Positions 36,601 through 45,479 of a stretch of 64,000 nucleotides of DNA are shown here, in pieces. The notes under the pieces were generated by a model. It saw only the letters and a list, made by a program, of their open reading frames with translations, was not told the DNA's origin and ran no database searches. The DNA comes from Macrostomum hystrix (taxonomy: Eukaryota > Animalia > Platyhelminthes): assembly GCA_950097015.1 (NCBI GenBank), contig CATNEN010000029.1, positions 6,882,001 through 6,946,000 of the forward strand. The letters run 5' to 3'. The position numbers and the translations under genes were made by a program. The number at the start of each line of letters is the position of its first letter. Position 1 is the stretch's first letter.

Positions 36601-39600
36601 CCATCCATTCGAGTCAATCTAGCCAGGTTTTCAAATTGCTTTTGAAATCAATGCTAACAAGAAATAGCAGGCCTTACATGGCTTGCTTCAGAGCAGACGC
36701 CCTCAGGCCGACCCCAGCCCACGTAGAGAATCAGCAATCAGGCCCGCATCGATTAGTCGGCACTTGACACCTTGCCCCCCTCATCTGCTCAGCCTCAGCT
36801 AGCTCAGAGCCTCGTCTTTTCAATCCCGTGTGGTCGTGTTTTCATCTTATTAAGAGTGACTTTTTCTCTTTCAGGGCATTGGAAACATTTGAAAGATGAC
36901 GGGGCCTTTCTTGAGCAAACCCGCGTGTTTGCGGTTGGGAAGAAAGCCCGCATCAATCAGGAGAAAGGAGCGTGTTTGCAATGTCTATGGCACTGAAAAT
37001 ATTCCGTGTCTGTCCAGTTTTTTTCACTCTGTGTGCTGTTCTTTTTTCGTCCGGATTGCCAACTTAACACCTAGTTTAACACCAACTTAACACCTTACTT
37101 TATTTTTTATAGTTTTTTTTCTTCATACATCTTTCTCCCTCTCATCCGCCTCTTCTTCCCTCTCACCCGCCTCTTCTTCCCTCTCACCCACCTCTTCTTC
37201 CCTCTCACCCACCTCTTCTTCCCTCTCACCCGCCTCTTCTTCCCTCTCACCCACCTCTTCTTCCCTCTCACCCACCTCTTCTTCCCTCTCACCCGCCTCT
37301 TCTTCCCTCTCACACACTTCTTCTTCGCTCTCACCAACTTCTTCCCTCTCACCCACTTCTTCCCTCTCACCCACTTCTTCTTCCCTCTCACCCACTTCTT
37401 CCCTCTCACCCGCCTCTTCTTCCTGCTCACTCGCCTTTTCTTCCCTCTCTACCATAACTTTCCTCCCTCTTACCCCTCATCTTCCTTTCTCTTGCCTCAT
37501 CAATCAGCTGCTTCTCTATCACAAGTATCCACCGAAAACTCATGTCTCCTCGTCTGCGTTGTTCCAGCAAAGTGAAAGTTGCACTCACCGACATGGCTTC
37601 ATCCGAGAGTACGCGCAGCATTCCGTTGTCAGCTGGAGGCGCAGTTTGCAGCTGGGAAATGTAAAATACGAATACAAATGCAACCCACTGGTGAGAACTG
37701 AATGGATTGCTAATCCAACCACTGGTGAAAAACTGAATGGATTGCTAATCCAACCCACTGGTGAAAAACTGAATGGATTGCTAATCCAACCCACTGGTGA
37801 AAAACTGAATGGATTGCTAATCCAACCCACTGGTTAAGATATACAGTGTGAGCCTATCCTTCCACCAACAAAGACAAGAATTGTGATGTCAATCAATTTT
37901 TATTCCTAGTTACTGCCCAATTATGTTTTCTGTGAAGCAAAAACGGAAAACAACGATTAAAATGGAATATTTAACTCTACTTTTTCCTCAATAGAGAGTA
38001 CTTCCTTGCTTCCCTAGGTTAGAAACCTGAGGAGAAATTTTTTCTGCAGACATTCTCTCCACAGTCTCCGTCAAATCCACCTGGACCCGTTGGTAAGGGT
38101 GGGCAGTGAAGATTGCGTGACAAGTTCGGGAATTCGCGCCGCTAATCCACCGCCGACTTGGCCCCTGAAGCAGATTGAAGCAGATCAGAGCAGGTAACAC
38201 AGACGGCATGGCAACGGCGTAAGAGAACTAATTAGAGAATCGAGTTATTCTCTGCCCATTTCACTACTTGAACACAAAAAGGGGATAAAATTCACCACTT
38301 GGGACGCCGAAGGCGCGAGAAGCGAAGGAAGGAGCGAACGTGGCCAAAGGGATATTAAATTTATCAAGACGGATTGACTCAGGTTCAGACAAAGCCTGCA
38401 GGTTTCCCAGCTCCAGGTGGTGCATTGTCGGCTCTATCAAATTCAATTCGGATTTGGACTCAAGGTGCGACTCAGTCAGTTAAGAGCAGTGCGGTACTTT
38501 TTTGGGAAACAATGAGAAATCTGCAGTTGATTTGAAAAAATCTCTTGGGGGGATAACTGACTATGGGATTTCAGGTAACTGACTATGGGATTTCAGGTAA
38601 CTGACTATGGGATTTCAGGTTACTGACTATGGGATTTCAGGTTACTGACTATGGGATTTCAGGTAACTGACTATGGGATTTCAGGTAACTGACTATGGGA
38701 TTTCAGGTAACTGACTATAGAATTTAAGGTAACTGACTATGGGATTTCAGGTAACTGACTATGGGATTTCAGGTTACTGACTATGGGATTTCAGGTTACT
38801 GACTATGGGATTTCAGGTTACTGACTATGGGATTTCAGGTAACTGACTATGGAAAAGGCAGCTGATGATTTTGGGAGGGGGAAATTTGCATGCTCAAAGT
38901 CTGGTCAGGGATTAGGCTAGTTGGCAGGCTGAGTCGGCATGGCCAGCTGCACCCTGACTCCCCTGGGGTGGAGAGGTTAGGAATGGACTTCTGACACGAT
39001 TTCCAAAAATGGACAATCGCGAGCAGTTATAATTAAAACCTTGAATTCTTTACACTTCAAGCAAGTGTAACTGATTATTCTCGTATAAGATCCGATACTA
39101 AAGTGTAGAGGATTAATTATAGTTATTCATAATTATAATTGACAACACCTGGCCGAATAGGGTCTGATGTGCAGCCGACAGCACAGCCGCAGCTATTACG
39201 CGGCGCATCTGAATGCTGCGTACGGCTGTTCAGTCCATGGACTGGGGGGGACGCTACACCCACCCTCAATTATTCCAGCTAATGTTGATACCCATTTAGC
39301 AGCTGGGTGAGCTGAAGCAATGCAGAGTTAAGTGTCTTGCTAAAGGACACAGATTGTTCCAGTGGAATCGGGAATCGAACCCCCGACCATCAAGTCGTGA
39401 GTCCGACGCTCTGACCACTAAGCTACAACCTCCCTACGATTTAAGGGATTGCATTTTAATTAATAAAGAAACCAAAGTCGATAAGTATTGAAAATCGGAT
39501 TGGCCTTCAAATGTGATTAATCACCGACTGAGTTTATTCATGCTTTGGGCCTATTGGTGGCTAGAATAATATATTAATCCATTGGCTAGTCATTCTATTC

Positions 39601-42600
39601 TCCGGTTAAATAATTTCTTAATCAGTTTTTCAATTTCCCATCCTGTTTAATCTCACTCGCGTGAGGCTCCAGAACTCTCGCACAACGCCCCCCCCCTATC
39701 CCTAGGGAGATCTCACCCGCCTTCCTCTGTCCGCAGCGACTGCCAGTGATTTACAGATTTTAATTGGATTTCTCTCCTTTGAAACCCGGCCGTATGGTTT
39801 AGCTTGAGCTACCTTTTACACCGTCGCACCTGGGGCCTGGGCAATCTGGGGTGGCTGAGGCAACACAAGTATTTGAATTGGCGCGCTAATCGTAAATAAA
39901 GATTTTATGACTTTCTCTTTACGAAAAATCTAATAAGCTTTGACATTTATTGCCGAAATACTGAAGTTCCACAAGAAATTGCTTTTAGTATTATAGAATG
40001 TATCGCTTGAAAAATTGGGTATGATTTTACCTGATCTCTCTTTTTAGTTAAAATTACTGCGCTTAATTGTTGTATAGATGGGCAGTTCGAAAGTCAAATC
40101 TTTCTAGGTGATATTTCATTTTGGTGAAAGTCTGTGGGTGCCAGTCTATGGGTGACAGTCTTTGGGTGACAGTCTATAGGTGACAGTCTATGGGTGACAG
40201 TCTTTGGGTGACAGTCTATTAATGACAGTCTATGGGTGACAGTCTATGGGTGACAGTCTTTGGGTGACAGTCTATAGGTGACAGTCTATGGGTGACAGTC
40301 TTTGGGTGACAGTCTATTAATGACAGTCTATGGGTGACAGTCTATGGGTGACAGTCTTTGGGTGACAGTCTTTGGGTGACAGTCTATGGGTGACAGTCTA
40401 TGGGTGACAGTCTATGGGTGACAGTCTATGGGTGACAGTCTTTGGGTGACAGTCTATAGGTGACAGTCTATGGGTGACAGTCTATGGGTGACAGTCTATG
40501 GGTGACAATCTTTGGGTGACAGTCTATTAATGACAGTCTATGGGTGACAGTCTATGGGTGACAGTCTATGGGTGACAGTCTATGGGTGACAATCTTTGGG
40601 TGACAGTCTATTAATGACAGTCTATGGGTGACAGTCTATGGGTGACAGTCTTTGGGTGACAGTCTATAGGTGACAGTCTATGGGTGACAGTCTTTGGGTG
40701 ACAGTCTATTAATGACAGTCTATGGGTGACAGTCTATGGGTGACAGTCTATGGGTGACAGTCTTTGGGTGACAGTCTATAGGTGACAGTCTATGGGTGAC
40801 AGTCTATGGGTGACAATCTTTGGGTGACAGTCTATTGATGACAGTCTATGGGTGACAGTCTATGGGTGACAGTCTTTGGGTGACAGTCTATAGGTGACAG
40901 TCTATGGGTGACAGTCTTTGGGTGACAGTCTATGGGTGACAGTCTATGGGTGAAAGTCTATGGGTGACAGTCTATGGGTGAAAGTCTATGGGTGACAGTC
41001 TATAGGTGACAGTCTATGGGTGACAGTCTATGGGTGACAATCTTTGGGTGACAGTCTATTAATGACAGTCTATGGGTGACAGTCTATGGGTGACAGTCTT
41101 TGGGTGACAGTCTATAGGTGACAGTCTATGGGTGACAGTCTTTGGGTGACAGTCTATGGGTGACAGTCTATGGGTGAAAGTCTATGGGTGACAGTCTATG
41201 GGTGAAAGTCTATGGGTGACAGTCTATGGGTAAAAGATCAGTTCCAATCGCACAATAGACAACAAGTCTATTCTCGACTTTGAACTAAGCCCCTAAATTG
41301 CACGGTAAGCAAAGGTATGCATATTTTATTTCTAGGAAATAGTTCGGGCCCCAAAAACAATCTGTGACAAGCAAACCCAGCCTATAGCTTTAGCGGGCAC
41401 AAGGTCAGTAGCTAGGGGCCATAAACACAGAGACTTGGTGAAGCGAGCTGTCAGTTCTGGGTCACATGTCGAGTTGGGATATCCACAGAAGTGAATAGGC
41501 GCGAGAAAGGAAGACAGAAAGAGAATTTGCACCTGCACTTTTAGAAGTCCCCTGGCATGAAAAGTAGATGCGGGCTGAAAAAACACAGAGAGAGAGAGAC
41601 AGAGAGCCGGGCATAGCAACCGTTATTGCAGTGCAACAACAGGTGAAAGATCTCATCGGAGGAGTTCTAAATCCGAGTGCATATGCGGTGCAGCTCTGGG
41701 CCTACAAATGTCAAACATGTCATGCACTGGCCGAGGGAGAGAGAATAAACCAAGTAGTGTTTTTCCTGTATTGCACAGCCAGCATTCACCTGATCTTAAC
41801 TTGAATAAAAAACTGTTCAACTGTGCCAATGTAATTAACACAGAAAAGTACAGGCAAACACCCTTCACACACCCTTTGAGTTCGATTGACGTTTTTCAGA
41901 ACCTGACTAGGAGAAGACGGTCAACTTTTAATTAAATGTAGACCTTAGTTACAGTGTGCAAAGTCACGTGATTATCTTGAAGCAGGATGTTTAGCTGAAC
42001 AGCAGCTACTCGAGAGCGTCTATGGTCTTTGTTCCGCTAGATTTTGAAGCAGGATGTTTAGCTGAACAGCAGTTACTCGAGAGTGTCTATGGTCTTTGTT
42101 CCGCTAGATTTTGAAGCAGGATGCTTAGCTGAACAGCAGCTATACTCGAGAGTGTCTATGGTCTTGGTTCCACTAGATTTTGAAGCAGGATGCTTAGCTG
42201 AACAGCAGCTACTCGAGAGTGTCTATGGTCTTGGTTCCGCTAGATTTTGAAGCAGGATGCTTAGCTGAACAGCAGCTACTCGAGAGTGTCTATGGTCTTG
42301 GTTCCACTAGATTTTGAAGCAGGATGCTTAGCTGAACAGCAGCTACTCGAGAGTGTCTATGGTCTTTGTTCCGCGAGATTTTGAAGCAGGATGCTTAGCT
42401 GAACAGCAGCTACTCGAGAGTGTCTATGGTCTTTGTTCCGCTAGATTTTGAAGCAGGATGCTTAGCTGAACAGCAGCTACTCGAGAGTGTCTATGGTCTT
42501 TGTTCCGCTAGATTTTGAAGCAGGATGCTTAGCTGAACAGCAGCTACTCGAGAGTGTATGGTCTTTATTCCGCTAGATTTTGAAGCAAGATGCTCACCTG

Positions 42601-44371
42601 AACAGCAGCTCCTCGCCGAATTTTGCTGGTTCCCTCGCCCGCGCTACGCCGTTTCGTTGACGTCGTTTTTAGCTTTCGCTTGCGTTTGCCCATCACCTGA
42701 TTGTCGTGGCCGAGGCTTAAGCTAGCTTCCTATCTTCTGTTACTGTCTCCGCTTCTCTCTGCCTGTTCTTCTCCTTAATCTCGCAGCGACTTTTATAGCT
42801 TTAGCCTTCAAAGCCTGACTGACTGACGCACCGACGCTGCGCTGCGACAGAAAAGAGGGAAAAAACTCCCAACCTCCCCCCCCTCGGCTCAAGGAGGAGG
42901 GCCTTTCCAGCCTCGAATTTTGAGTACAAAAAACGTCAAACAGAAGAAGAGTAAGGCGAGAAGAGGCGGGGACGCAGAGAGAACTAGAGATAGGAAACAC
43001 TGCAGATTGCGCATTGTAATCATCCGCTGAGGCTTGCCCTCCTCTTGTTTTTCCCAATCTCGCTCTCAGCCTTCCTTAACTCCGACAGTGACGACAGATA
43101 GCAGACGCAATTTGCGTCACCTGATTGACCAGCAGCAGCGGCTCAAACCGTTAATTTCTGCTGTAATCGATCGCCCCTGTGTGATGATTCATTTCTCTGC
43201 TAAGATATTCTTTCTTTTCTGAATTGGATTCTAATTTGTGAGTAGAAACTAATTACTGGCAAATTTAAAAGTAAAGAAGGCTTCAATACAAATAAAATTA
43301 GCATTAAAATTACGACAGTCTATGGGTGACAGTCAATGAGTGATGTCAATGCGCGATAGTCTATGGTGACTATCGGGGACAGTCTATTGGTGACAGTCTA
43401 TGGGTTACAGTCTATTGGTGACATTCCAGATGGGTGACAGTCTATGGTGACAGTCTATGGGTGACAGTCTATGGGTGACAGTCTATGGGTGACAGTCTAT
43501 GGGTGACAGTCTATGGTGACAGTCTATGGGTGACAGTCTATGGGTGACAGTCTTTGGGTGCCAGTCTATGGGTGACAGTCTATGGGTGACAGTTTGGGTA
43601 ACAAATAATATGTATTTTTGTCTGGTACAATAAAGTACTCGCATAATACTATGAATTAGTAATGACAAAACCTATCTATCCTAGTCCTTTTGAATCAGGC
43701 ATAGCCTCATTAAAATCCCAATAGAATGTCTAGGTACCCCCCAATCAGTGTTTGCTAAAGGACTTTACAGCTCTCACTCTTTGGAAGTCGATGTCTTTAA
43801 AAGCGCGGAATCAAATGGAGTCATATTTCAAATATAAAATCGCGAATCTCGAATCCTATATCACCGTATCCATTATTACGAAAGACGAAATCGTTAGACC
43901 ATCAATAATCAATAAGCTCTAATCACAGGAGACCAAAACACGAAAATTCCCAAATCAGAAATTTCCGAATTAGAAATCCCCAAATCAGAAATCCCAGAAT
44001 CAGAAATCCCCAAATCAGAAATCCCTGAATAAGAAATCCCCGAATCAGAAATCCCCGAATCAGAAATCCCCGAATTAGAAATTAGAAATCCTGAATTAGA
44101 AATCCCTGAATCAGAAATCCCGAATCGTAAATCTCGTCACTAAAATCTCAAATGAATTTCAGAATCGTGTCATTTATTCCTGGAAAATTTCGACAATTCT
44201 CACCTTGATTTCCTTGTTCGCCTCTTCATTCTGTCGGTCGTCAGTAATCGCTGCTGTCTTCTCCCCCAGTTTCTGAGCTGCGTTGTCCCCCAGTGTCGCC
44301 CGGAAGCCATTGTTGCGATCGGTCTTGACCTCGGCGCCGATGCTGGCTTCGCGGCTCCCGTTGCAGCCCAT
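12485..44371 (-). CDS. PDE8: Phosphodiesterase 8 gene (whole span, spliced): MGC N-terminus, REC, PAS, linker, class I PDE catalytic domain
   Basis: About 19 exons with AG/GT boundaries and compatible phases. Motifs [63 protein letters not shown]+PAS+PDE architecture is diagnostic of PDE8. Confidence 0.93.
12740..13634. repeat. 24-bp intronic minisatellite (GATTGTGTCACTCTTCACTCTACA)
   Basis: Direct periodicity. Fills most of the last PDE8 intron. Confidence 0.97.
13654..13783 (-). CDS. PDE8: PDE8 catalytic exon ([37 protein letters not shown])
   Basis: Contains the invariant Gln region (SQ.SFID). GTCAG acceptor, GTGAGC donor. Confidence 0.95.
13969..14359 (-). CDS. PDE8: PDE8 catalytic exon ([31 protein letters not shown])
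   Basis: Conserved catalytic motifs. Phases 2/0. Confidence 0.96.
14393..16214. repeat. 24-bp intronic minisatellite (GCTGATTCTGTCACTCTAT[A/T]..TAT[G/A/C])
   Basis: Direct periodicity. Fills almost the whole intron 14360-16250. Confidence 0.97.
16251..16486 (-). CDS. PDE8: PDE8 catalytic exon ([27 protein letters not shown])
   Basis: PDE metal-binding signature HDxDHPGxxN. Confidence 0.96.
16930..17165 (-). mobile_element. Partial copy of the TTAA-MITE family
   Basis: Reverse complement of 17100-17165 resembles the left end of 24486-24786 (CAGTA..CACGCT.TTTTCCCCTGGGGA). Confidence 0.55.
17328..17542 (-). CDS. PDE8: PDE8 catalytic-domain exon (..[26 protein letters not shown]....WLQ)
   Basis: Clear PDE8 catalytic N-terminal motif. 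Phases 1/0. Confidence 0.92.
17601..17842. repeat. 23-bp minisatellite (GTGTGACTGGGGATCAGAGTGAG)
   Basis: Direct periodicity. Confidence 0.93.
18044..18094 (-). CDS. PDE8: PDE8 51-nt exon ([17 protein letters not shown])
   Basis: CCGCAG acceptor, GTAAGA donor, phase 1/1. Confidence 0.7.
   Translation of the reverse strand, partial: AITGRLRLWRSRLAEF
18204..18252 (-). CDS. PDE8: PDE8 49-nt exon ([16 protein letters not shown])
   Basis: TATAG acceptor, GTAAGT donor, phase 0/1. Contains an RRLS-like KKRLS. Confidence 0.72.
18386..18559 (-). CDS. PDE8: PDE8 exon ([28 protein letters not shown])
   Basis: Corresponds to VINII.AAQ....ALDRVLEILR....DLVGGLM. Confidence 0.9.
18731..18815 (+). mobile_element. 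Terminal fragment of the TTAA-MITE family
   Basis: Begins TTAA|GAGTAGAAA and is an inverted match to 17082-17165. Confidence 0.55.
19130..19260 (-). CDS. PDE8: PDE8 exon (..[15 protein letters not shown])
   Basis: Corresponds to ARIHSMTIEAPITK. TTTTAG acceptor, GTGAAC donor. Confidence 0.85.
19631..19960. repeat. 66-bp tandem repeat x5
   Basis: GCAGAAAGACTGACAGAAAATGCGATTGC..ACTCTAG repeated nearly perfectly. Confidence 0.96.
20265..20666. repeat. 42-bp minisatellite x~9.5 (AAATCCACAGCAGAGCCATTAAAGTACAGTTTTCTCCTCGAC)
   Basis: Direct periodicity. Confidence 0.96.
21018..21146 (-). CDS. PDE8: PDE8 linker exon ([21 protein letters not shown]..)
   Basis: ATCAG acceptor, GTAATG donor, 129 nt, phase 1/1, open frame. 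Confidence 0.6.
21224..21314 (-). CDS. PDE8: Probable PDE8 linker exon ([17 protein letters not shown])
   Basis: Open 91-nt segment that supplies the required phase 0 to 1 change. Splice sites are weak and there is no homology support. Confidence 0.42.
21563..21659 (-). CDS. PDE8: PDE8 exon, end of PAS ([12 protein letters not shown]..)
   Basis: ATCAG acceptor, phase 2 fits the previous exon. The donor position is less certain. Confidence 0.6.
22081..23890 (-). mobile_element. Mutator/MULE deletion derivative with a FLYWCH-like zinc finger, a truncated MULE transposase and inverted, repeat-built arms
   Basis: ORF 23064-22252: Y.YRK...SCRC..K.CPGRA...HNH, then [20 protein letters not shown] (MULE first Asp). 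No later DDE region. Ends TCATAAGTGCGCACCGGCAC and the reverse complement of GTGTCGCTGCGTACTTATGA match at 17/20. Confidence 0.82.
23340..23872. repeat. ~17-bp GC-rich tandem array (GTGTGCGCCTCTGCCA / GTGCGCGCTTGTGCCA) forming the right arm of the MULE
   Basis: Direct periodicity. Inverted, dispersed copies (TGGCACAAGCGCGC) lie at 22090-22330. Confidence 0.92.
24228..24349. mobile_element. 122-bp hairpin MITE with TA TSD (Tc1/mariner-type footprint)
   Basis: TA|TTGGTTTT...AAAACCAA|TA, with internal inverted repeat TTCGCCCGGCGGCTCTCC / GGAGAGCCGCCGGGCGAA. Confidence 0.75.
24486..24786. mobile_element. 301-bp MITE with TTAA TSD
   Basis: TTAA|CAGTAGAAAAACC...GGTCTTTCTATTG|TTAA. The uninterrupted SINE has a single TTAA at this position. 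Confidence 0.8.
25345..25775. repeat. 17-bp G-rich minisatellite (GGGTGGGTGTTGTCT[A/G]G)
   Basis: Direct periodicity. Confidence 0.95.
25858..25946 (-). CDS. PDE8: PDE8 PAS exon ([22 protein letters not shown])
   Basis: PAS pattern EW.G....K.K.G.......I.PV.G. GTCGCAG acceptor, GTGAGT donor. Confidence 0.87.
26142..26279 (-). CDS. PDE8: PDE8 PAS exon ([25 protein letters not shown])
   Basis: PAS pattern Y.N.A...M.G....E..G. CCGCAG acceptor, GTGTGA donor, 46 codons. Confidence 0.87.
27231..28790 (+). CDS. Retrotransposon ORF1 (519 aa, low-complexity termini, central folded domain reminiscent of DUF4780, no CCHC knuckle)
   Basis: Position upstream of pol. Central motif ..SW..GL.F....P...R.F.P....EDL..GL...N..L.T. 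The domain name is by recollection. Confidence 0.75.
   Translation: MQLSMASSPSTAPAEDTMVPEAIHAAAPGLAGPATATNAALPNSRDDRGAKRSTTSGAAKRRRRMLAHGTSAPLTKDQAQARGAEGALPRAGAGAGGLVPPAQAPARGGAHDAPRPGSRAKEGPAPIRTAARPEGEAEAEGPVPTADADPEGGDATGQGPGPQATYAAIARRQPAVIITGRDGKRLSSEQLSDICRNIDAMLWQLQLKGEPLAVGASATRESCFVVWPGDAESGRRLLELLPTQSWAAGLEFLRENEPPKTKRHRIFVPAKSVVTSAEDLRRGLIAMNRELPTAGLIVHRTILRPDGTGFTAILGLSEQWTRRYPDGANICIGLWKTKIFAFEADKTRGQTGPTTVPANEGSSDPKAGTGGRAQSSRQKRPERAIAGSSERRPARVTKRRGLLQRASEVVRTAKMAQLRAEMRGGPPGQAPQPRATGEASEVPSSIEQGPSSAPPTAQGAVSAPVEGDSGPGLGAGGGDWAADAVEFPSPARGLGTEEPMATDIDPEEEDRLLAGSPSK
28803..32507 (+). CDS. Retrotransposon ORF2: AP endonuclease, reverse transcriptase, RNase H, CCHC finger (1234 aa)
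   Basis: APE: LQVN, VQEPW, GDVNSHH, LDVT, SDH. RT: [37 protein letters not shown]. RNase H: [35 protein letters not shown]. Confidence 0.96.
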   Translation: MMIPGISCLQVNTQHCVAASVNLMRTTERMMPGLVLVQEPWLSKNKPSNIPAGYDCFCMADSVRPRSLIYAAKALNAWMRPDLSNGDICVIQSAHIVPNKLTLVASAYLAGDAPVVSDTLVALCEFARARNFELLLAGDVNSHHTHWGSSKINDRGEELLAFVSGTPLNFCNVGNTPTFDNGRWAEVLDVTLASPGILPRVLGWEVWETESSLSDHRFIRFNIGTPDKKQKPIWRRNVRNTDWPAFSQKLHEGLRDSDPSMAMETTQDLDGVAALLGGAITEAYEMACPLKAYKGKKSAPWWNPELGVLRRRAKALQRKLKTSHDPDDKEAYTRAIHEFKGRVRRAKADKWRQYCEGLEGSRPTARVVKALTNDRFSKLSSIKKPDGSITERPEETLELMLGHFFPSVPAHFGPDDHSRGGQGLAQSLVTNDRIVRAAKSFNPFKAPGPDGIYPAFLHEAVKNGRFLHLLCRLLRACIVLGYVPARWHEARVVFIPKPAKGDYRSVKSYRPISLTSTCLKLMERLVLWRLLTVELGRAPLSPNQHAFRAGRSTESALHCIVETLEKAVLGSGFALAVFLDIEGAFDNVIFEAFEKALVSRATHPHLVRWVMYMIRNRHVVAHLEGRVLSAPVLKGGPQGGVLTPLLWNLVMDELLKSTRPDPVLKVGYADDVTAICAGPSAETTRDLIQGFINRAVRWADQCGLRLSESKTVAVMFTSRLRWTIEPLTLYGKNIAMEKQVRCLGILLDHRLNWTPHITTKAKRALAILAQVRRAVGTTWGLTPKNLWWIYTAIIRPSVAYAGLIWASAMSIQKNLEALYRVQGRACRMTLGAPPSTPFEGMNAFLNATPIDIFVKGEAAKSTRRLLDAGVSFQNSRAFSKRSLLPHSDLCLKTLGECGGLTILSDGAPATLLRSHRYKVSIFPRNEVKDCWDDPAVHCYTDGSLMNGKSGFGVCVASGGEVLWTHSQHCGKSSSVFQNEMLAISFCAAELRQRQLAGRRIFFHSDSQAALKALSRCTSRSRTTLDCNTQLNGLAQSNKVELMWIPGHAGLTGNEMADELAKAGAASSLMGPGPESPIPASVVNSSINHWMETQHRRRWSSTLNCRQSRAAVPTPSSNLRKALLRLNRRDLRAVTMALSGHGCFTRHRYLQGHVPEETCPFCCSGRENAEHFICHCPAFTRARLKHLGPAPTLAEACSPENIPQLAHFLRDTGRADFFPAYGEEDRAAEPTDGPP
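33500..34358. repeat. ~16-bp purine-rich minisatellite (GAGAGATGAGACA[G/C]GG)
   Basis: Direct periodicity with longer internal block duplications. Confidence 0.93.
34486..34653 (-). CDS. PDE8: PDE8 exon ([30 protein letters not shown])
   Basis: Corresponds to ..F.EN..I.AC...TALD...AIEITSDD..IQ. 56 codons. Confidence 0.85.
34751..34793 (-). CDS. PDE8: PDE8 43-nt exon ([14 protein letters not shown])
   Basis: CTTGCAG acceptor, GTGAGC donor. Phases 2/0 fit the neighbours. Confidence 0.75.
34920..35521. repeat. 16-bp minisatellite in two variants (CTGTCAATAATCCCAT, then CTGTGAAAAATCCCAT)
   Basis: Direct periodicity, with a switch of unit near 35355-35367. Confidence 0.94.
35565..35818 (-). CDS. 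PDE8: PDE8 REC-domain exon ([21 protein letters not shown]..)
   Basis: Matches the recalled PDE8 pattern LLVF.KED.Q..F..A......HHD.I.ID. TTCCAG acceptor, GTGAGT donor. Confidence 0.88.
35935..36572. repeat. 24-bp C-rich minisatellite (CCAACAACCCCACTCCTCA[ACCAC/CTCGC])
   Basis: Direct periodicity. Confidence 0.96.
37125..37445. repeat. 21-bp pyrimidine-rich minisatellite (CTTCTTCCCTCTCACCC[A/G]CCT)
   Basis: Direct periodicity. Confidence 0.93.
37589..37651 (-). CDS. PDE8: PDE8 exon ([21 protein letters not shown])
   Basis: TTCCCAG acceptor, GTGAGT donor, phase 0/0. Equivalent to the GPMR..D..Q segment preceding the REC domain. Confidence 0.7.
37682..37833. repeat. 36-bp tandem repeat x4
   Basis: CAACCCACTGGTGAAAAACTGAATGGATTGCTAATC. 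Confidence 0.92.
38554..38852. repeat. 22-bp minisatellite (ACTGACTATGGGATTTCAGGT[A/T])
   Basis: Direct periodicity. Confidence 0.95.
39143..39432 (-). mobile_element. tRNA-derived SINE, most complete copy (~290 bp)
   Basis: Reverse complement: tRNA-like head (..GAGCGTCGGACTCACGACTTGATGGTCGGGGGTTCGATTCC), central GTGTCCTTTAGCAAGACACTTAACT..CACCCAGCTG..AAATGGGTA, 3' end ..GGCCAGGTGT. Confidence 0.88.
40140..41231. repeat. 14-bp minisatellite (GGGTGACAGTCTAT)
   Basis: Direct periodicity. Confidence 0.97.
41533..41574 (-). CDS. PDE8: Possible 42-nt in-frame cassette exon of PDE8 ([14 protein letters not shown])
   Basis: Strong (CT)n..TTTTTTCAG acceptor, CAG|GTGCA donor, open in phase 0/0. No homology support. 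Confidence 0.35.
41975..42610. repeat. 67-bp tandem repeat x~9
   Basis: TTTTGAAGCAGGATGCTTAGCTGAACAGCAGCTACTCGAGAGTGTCTATGGTCTTTGTTCCGCTAGA. Confidence 0.96.
43315..43592. repeat. Second array of the 14-bp GGGTGACAGTCTAT family
   Basis: Same unit and orientation as 40140-41231. Confidence 0.93.
43955..44130. repeat. Degenerate ~15-bp array (AATCAGAAATCCCCG)
   Basis: Direct periodicity. Confidence 0.85.
44204..44371 (-). CDS. PDE8: PDE8 first coding exon ([10 protein letters not shown]...KEIK)
   Basis: MGC start as in vertebrate PDE8, an in-frame TAG shortly upstream, AAG|GTGAGA donor, 56 codons, phase 0. Confidence 0.7.
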
Positions 44372-45194
44372 GGCAGACAGGATGGGCCGCTGAGATCGGC
44401 TTTGAGATTGTGCCAGCTAGACTTTGTGTGCCAATCTGGCTGTCTGTGTGCTCAACAGCGTGCTCACAGTAAGCCTGAAATGCATTATCATAGAGAGATG
44501 ATGCCTGATTTGAGCTGCATTCATTATCTGTGCTCAGCGAAGCTTGTGTTCGTGGCGTAGTGGTACCCGCGCAATTCAATTCCTCAATTAATAAAGATAG
44601 ATAGATAAAGAGGGAAGATAGAATTAATAGAATTGACACCCGCTACAGACGGGTGTTCTGTTTTGTTCTGAAGCAAGCGGAAGTACAGGTGTCCTGCTCA
44701 AAGACACAAATAGCTTGCCGTGAGCTAAAAATCGAACTCGCGACCTCTGGGTTAGAATCCGAAGCTTTGCCCTGCGCTAAATTCGTCATGATTTCTCAGA
44801 TTTCTCAAACAAGAAGACAATTTAATTTATACATGTATGATAAAAAAACTAAATAAAAATGATTGCCGATTCTCTCCTAAAATAACGTATGTCCGTGCAC
44901 TGGCCTAATTCACTGCATACACTGAAGCCTGATTCCTGCAAAACAGAATCTGAGTCCTTAGCGGCGGGTTCACCGCGTGTTATTCTACAAACATGCGCCC
45001 AACACATTTAAGGCTGATTTGCTAATGAATTGCGTCGAGTGGAGCCAAGCTGATCGTGTGATGCCACTTCTGCGAGAAACACAATTAGCCTAGAGACGCA
45101 TTGGGTGCGAAGGTACGACGAGAGACGATTGAGAGACGAAAGGTACGACGAGTACCCCCGAGATTGCACATAGTGAAATACGAGTACTTAACTA

Positions 45195-45465
45195 AGGCAC
45201 CAGAGTGAGAAACAAGAGTGAGGCACCAGAGTGAGAAACAAGAGTGAGGCACCAGAGTGAGAAACAAGAGTGAGGCACCAGAGTGAGAAACAAGAGTGAG
45301 GCACCAGAGTGAGAAACAAGAGTGAGGCACCAGAGTGAGAAACAAGAGTGAGGCACCAGAGTGAGAAACAAGAGTGAGGCACCAGAGTGAGGCATGAGAG
45401 TGAGAAACAAGAGTGAGGCATGAGAGTGAGAAACAAAAGTGAGGCATGAGAGTGAGGCACTAGAT
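45195..45465. repeat. 26-bp minisatellite (GAGTGAGAAACAAGAGTGAGGCACCA)
   Basis: Direct periodicity, a dimer of two diverged 13-mers. Confidence 0.94.
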
Positions 45466-45479
45466 TAAGAAATTAGAGT

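Noticed and set aside
36860-37000. Plus-strand acceptor followed by a short ORF ([13 protein letters not shown])
   Set aside because: No upstream partner exons or motif were identified, so it may be chance.
38000-38450. Candidate extra PDE8 exons (38264-38446 ORF, acceptor near 38166)
   Set aside because: Most splice combinations give stops, and there is no homology support.
39355-39432. Possible tRNA genes at the SINE heads
   Set aside because: A and B boxes are present, but there is no complete acceptor stem, and each head is attached to the same non-tRNA body.
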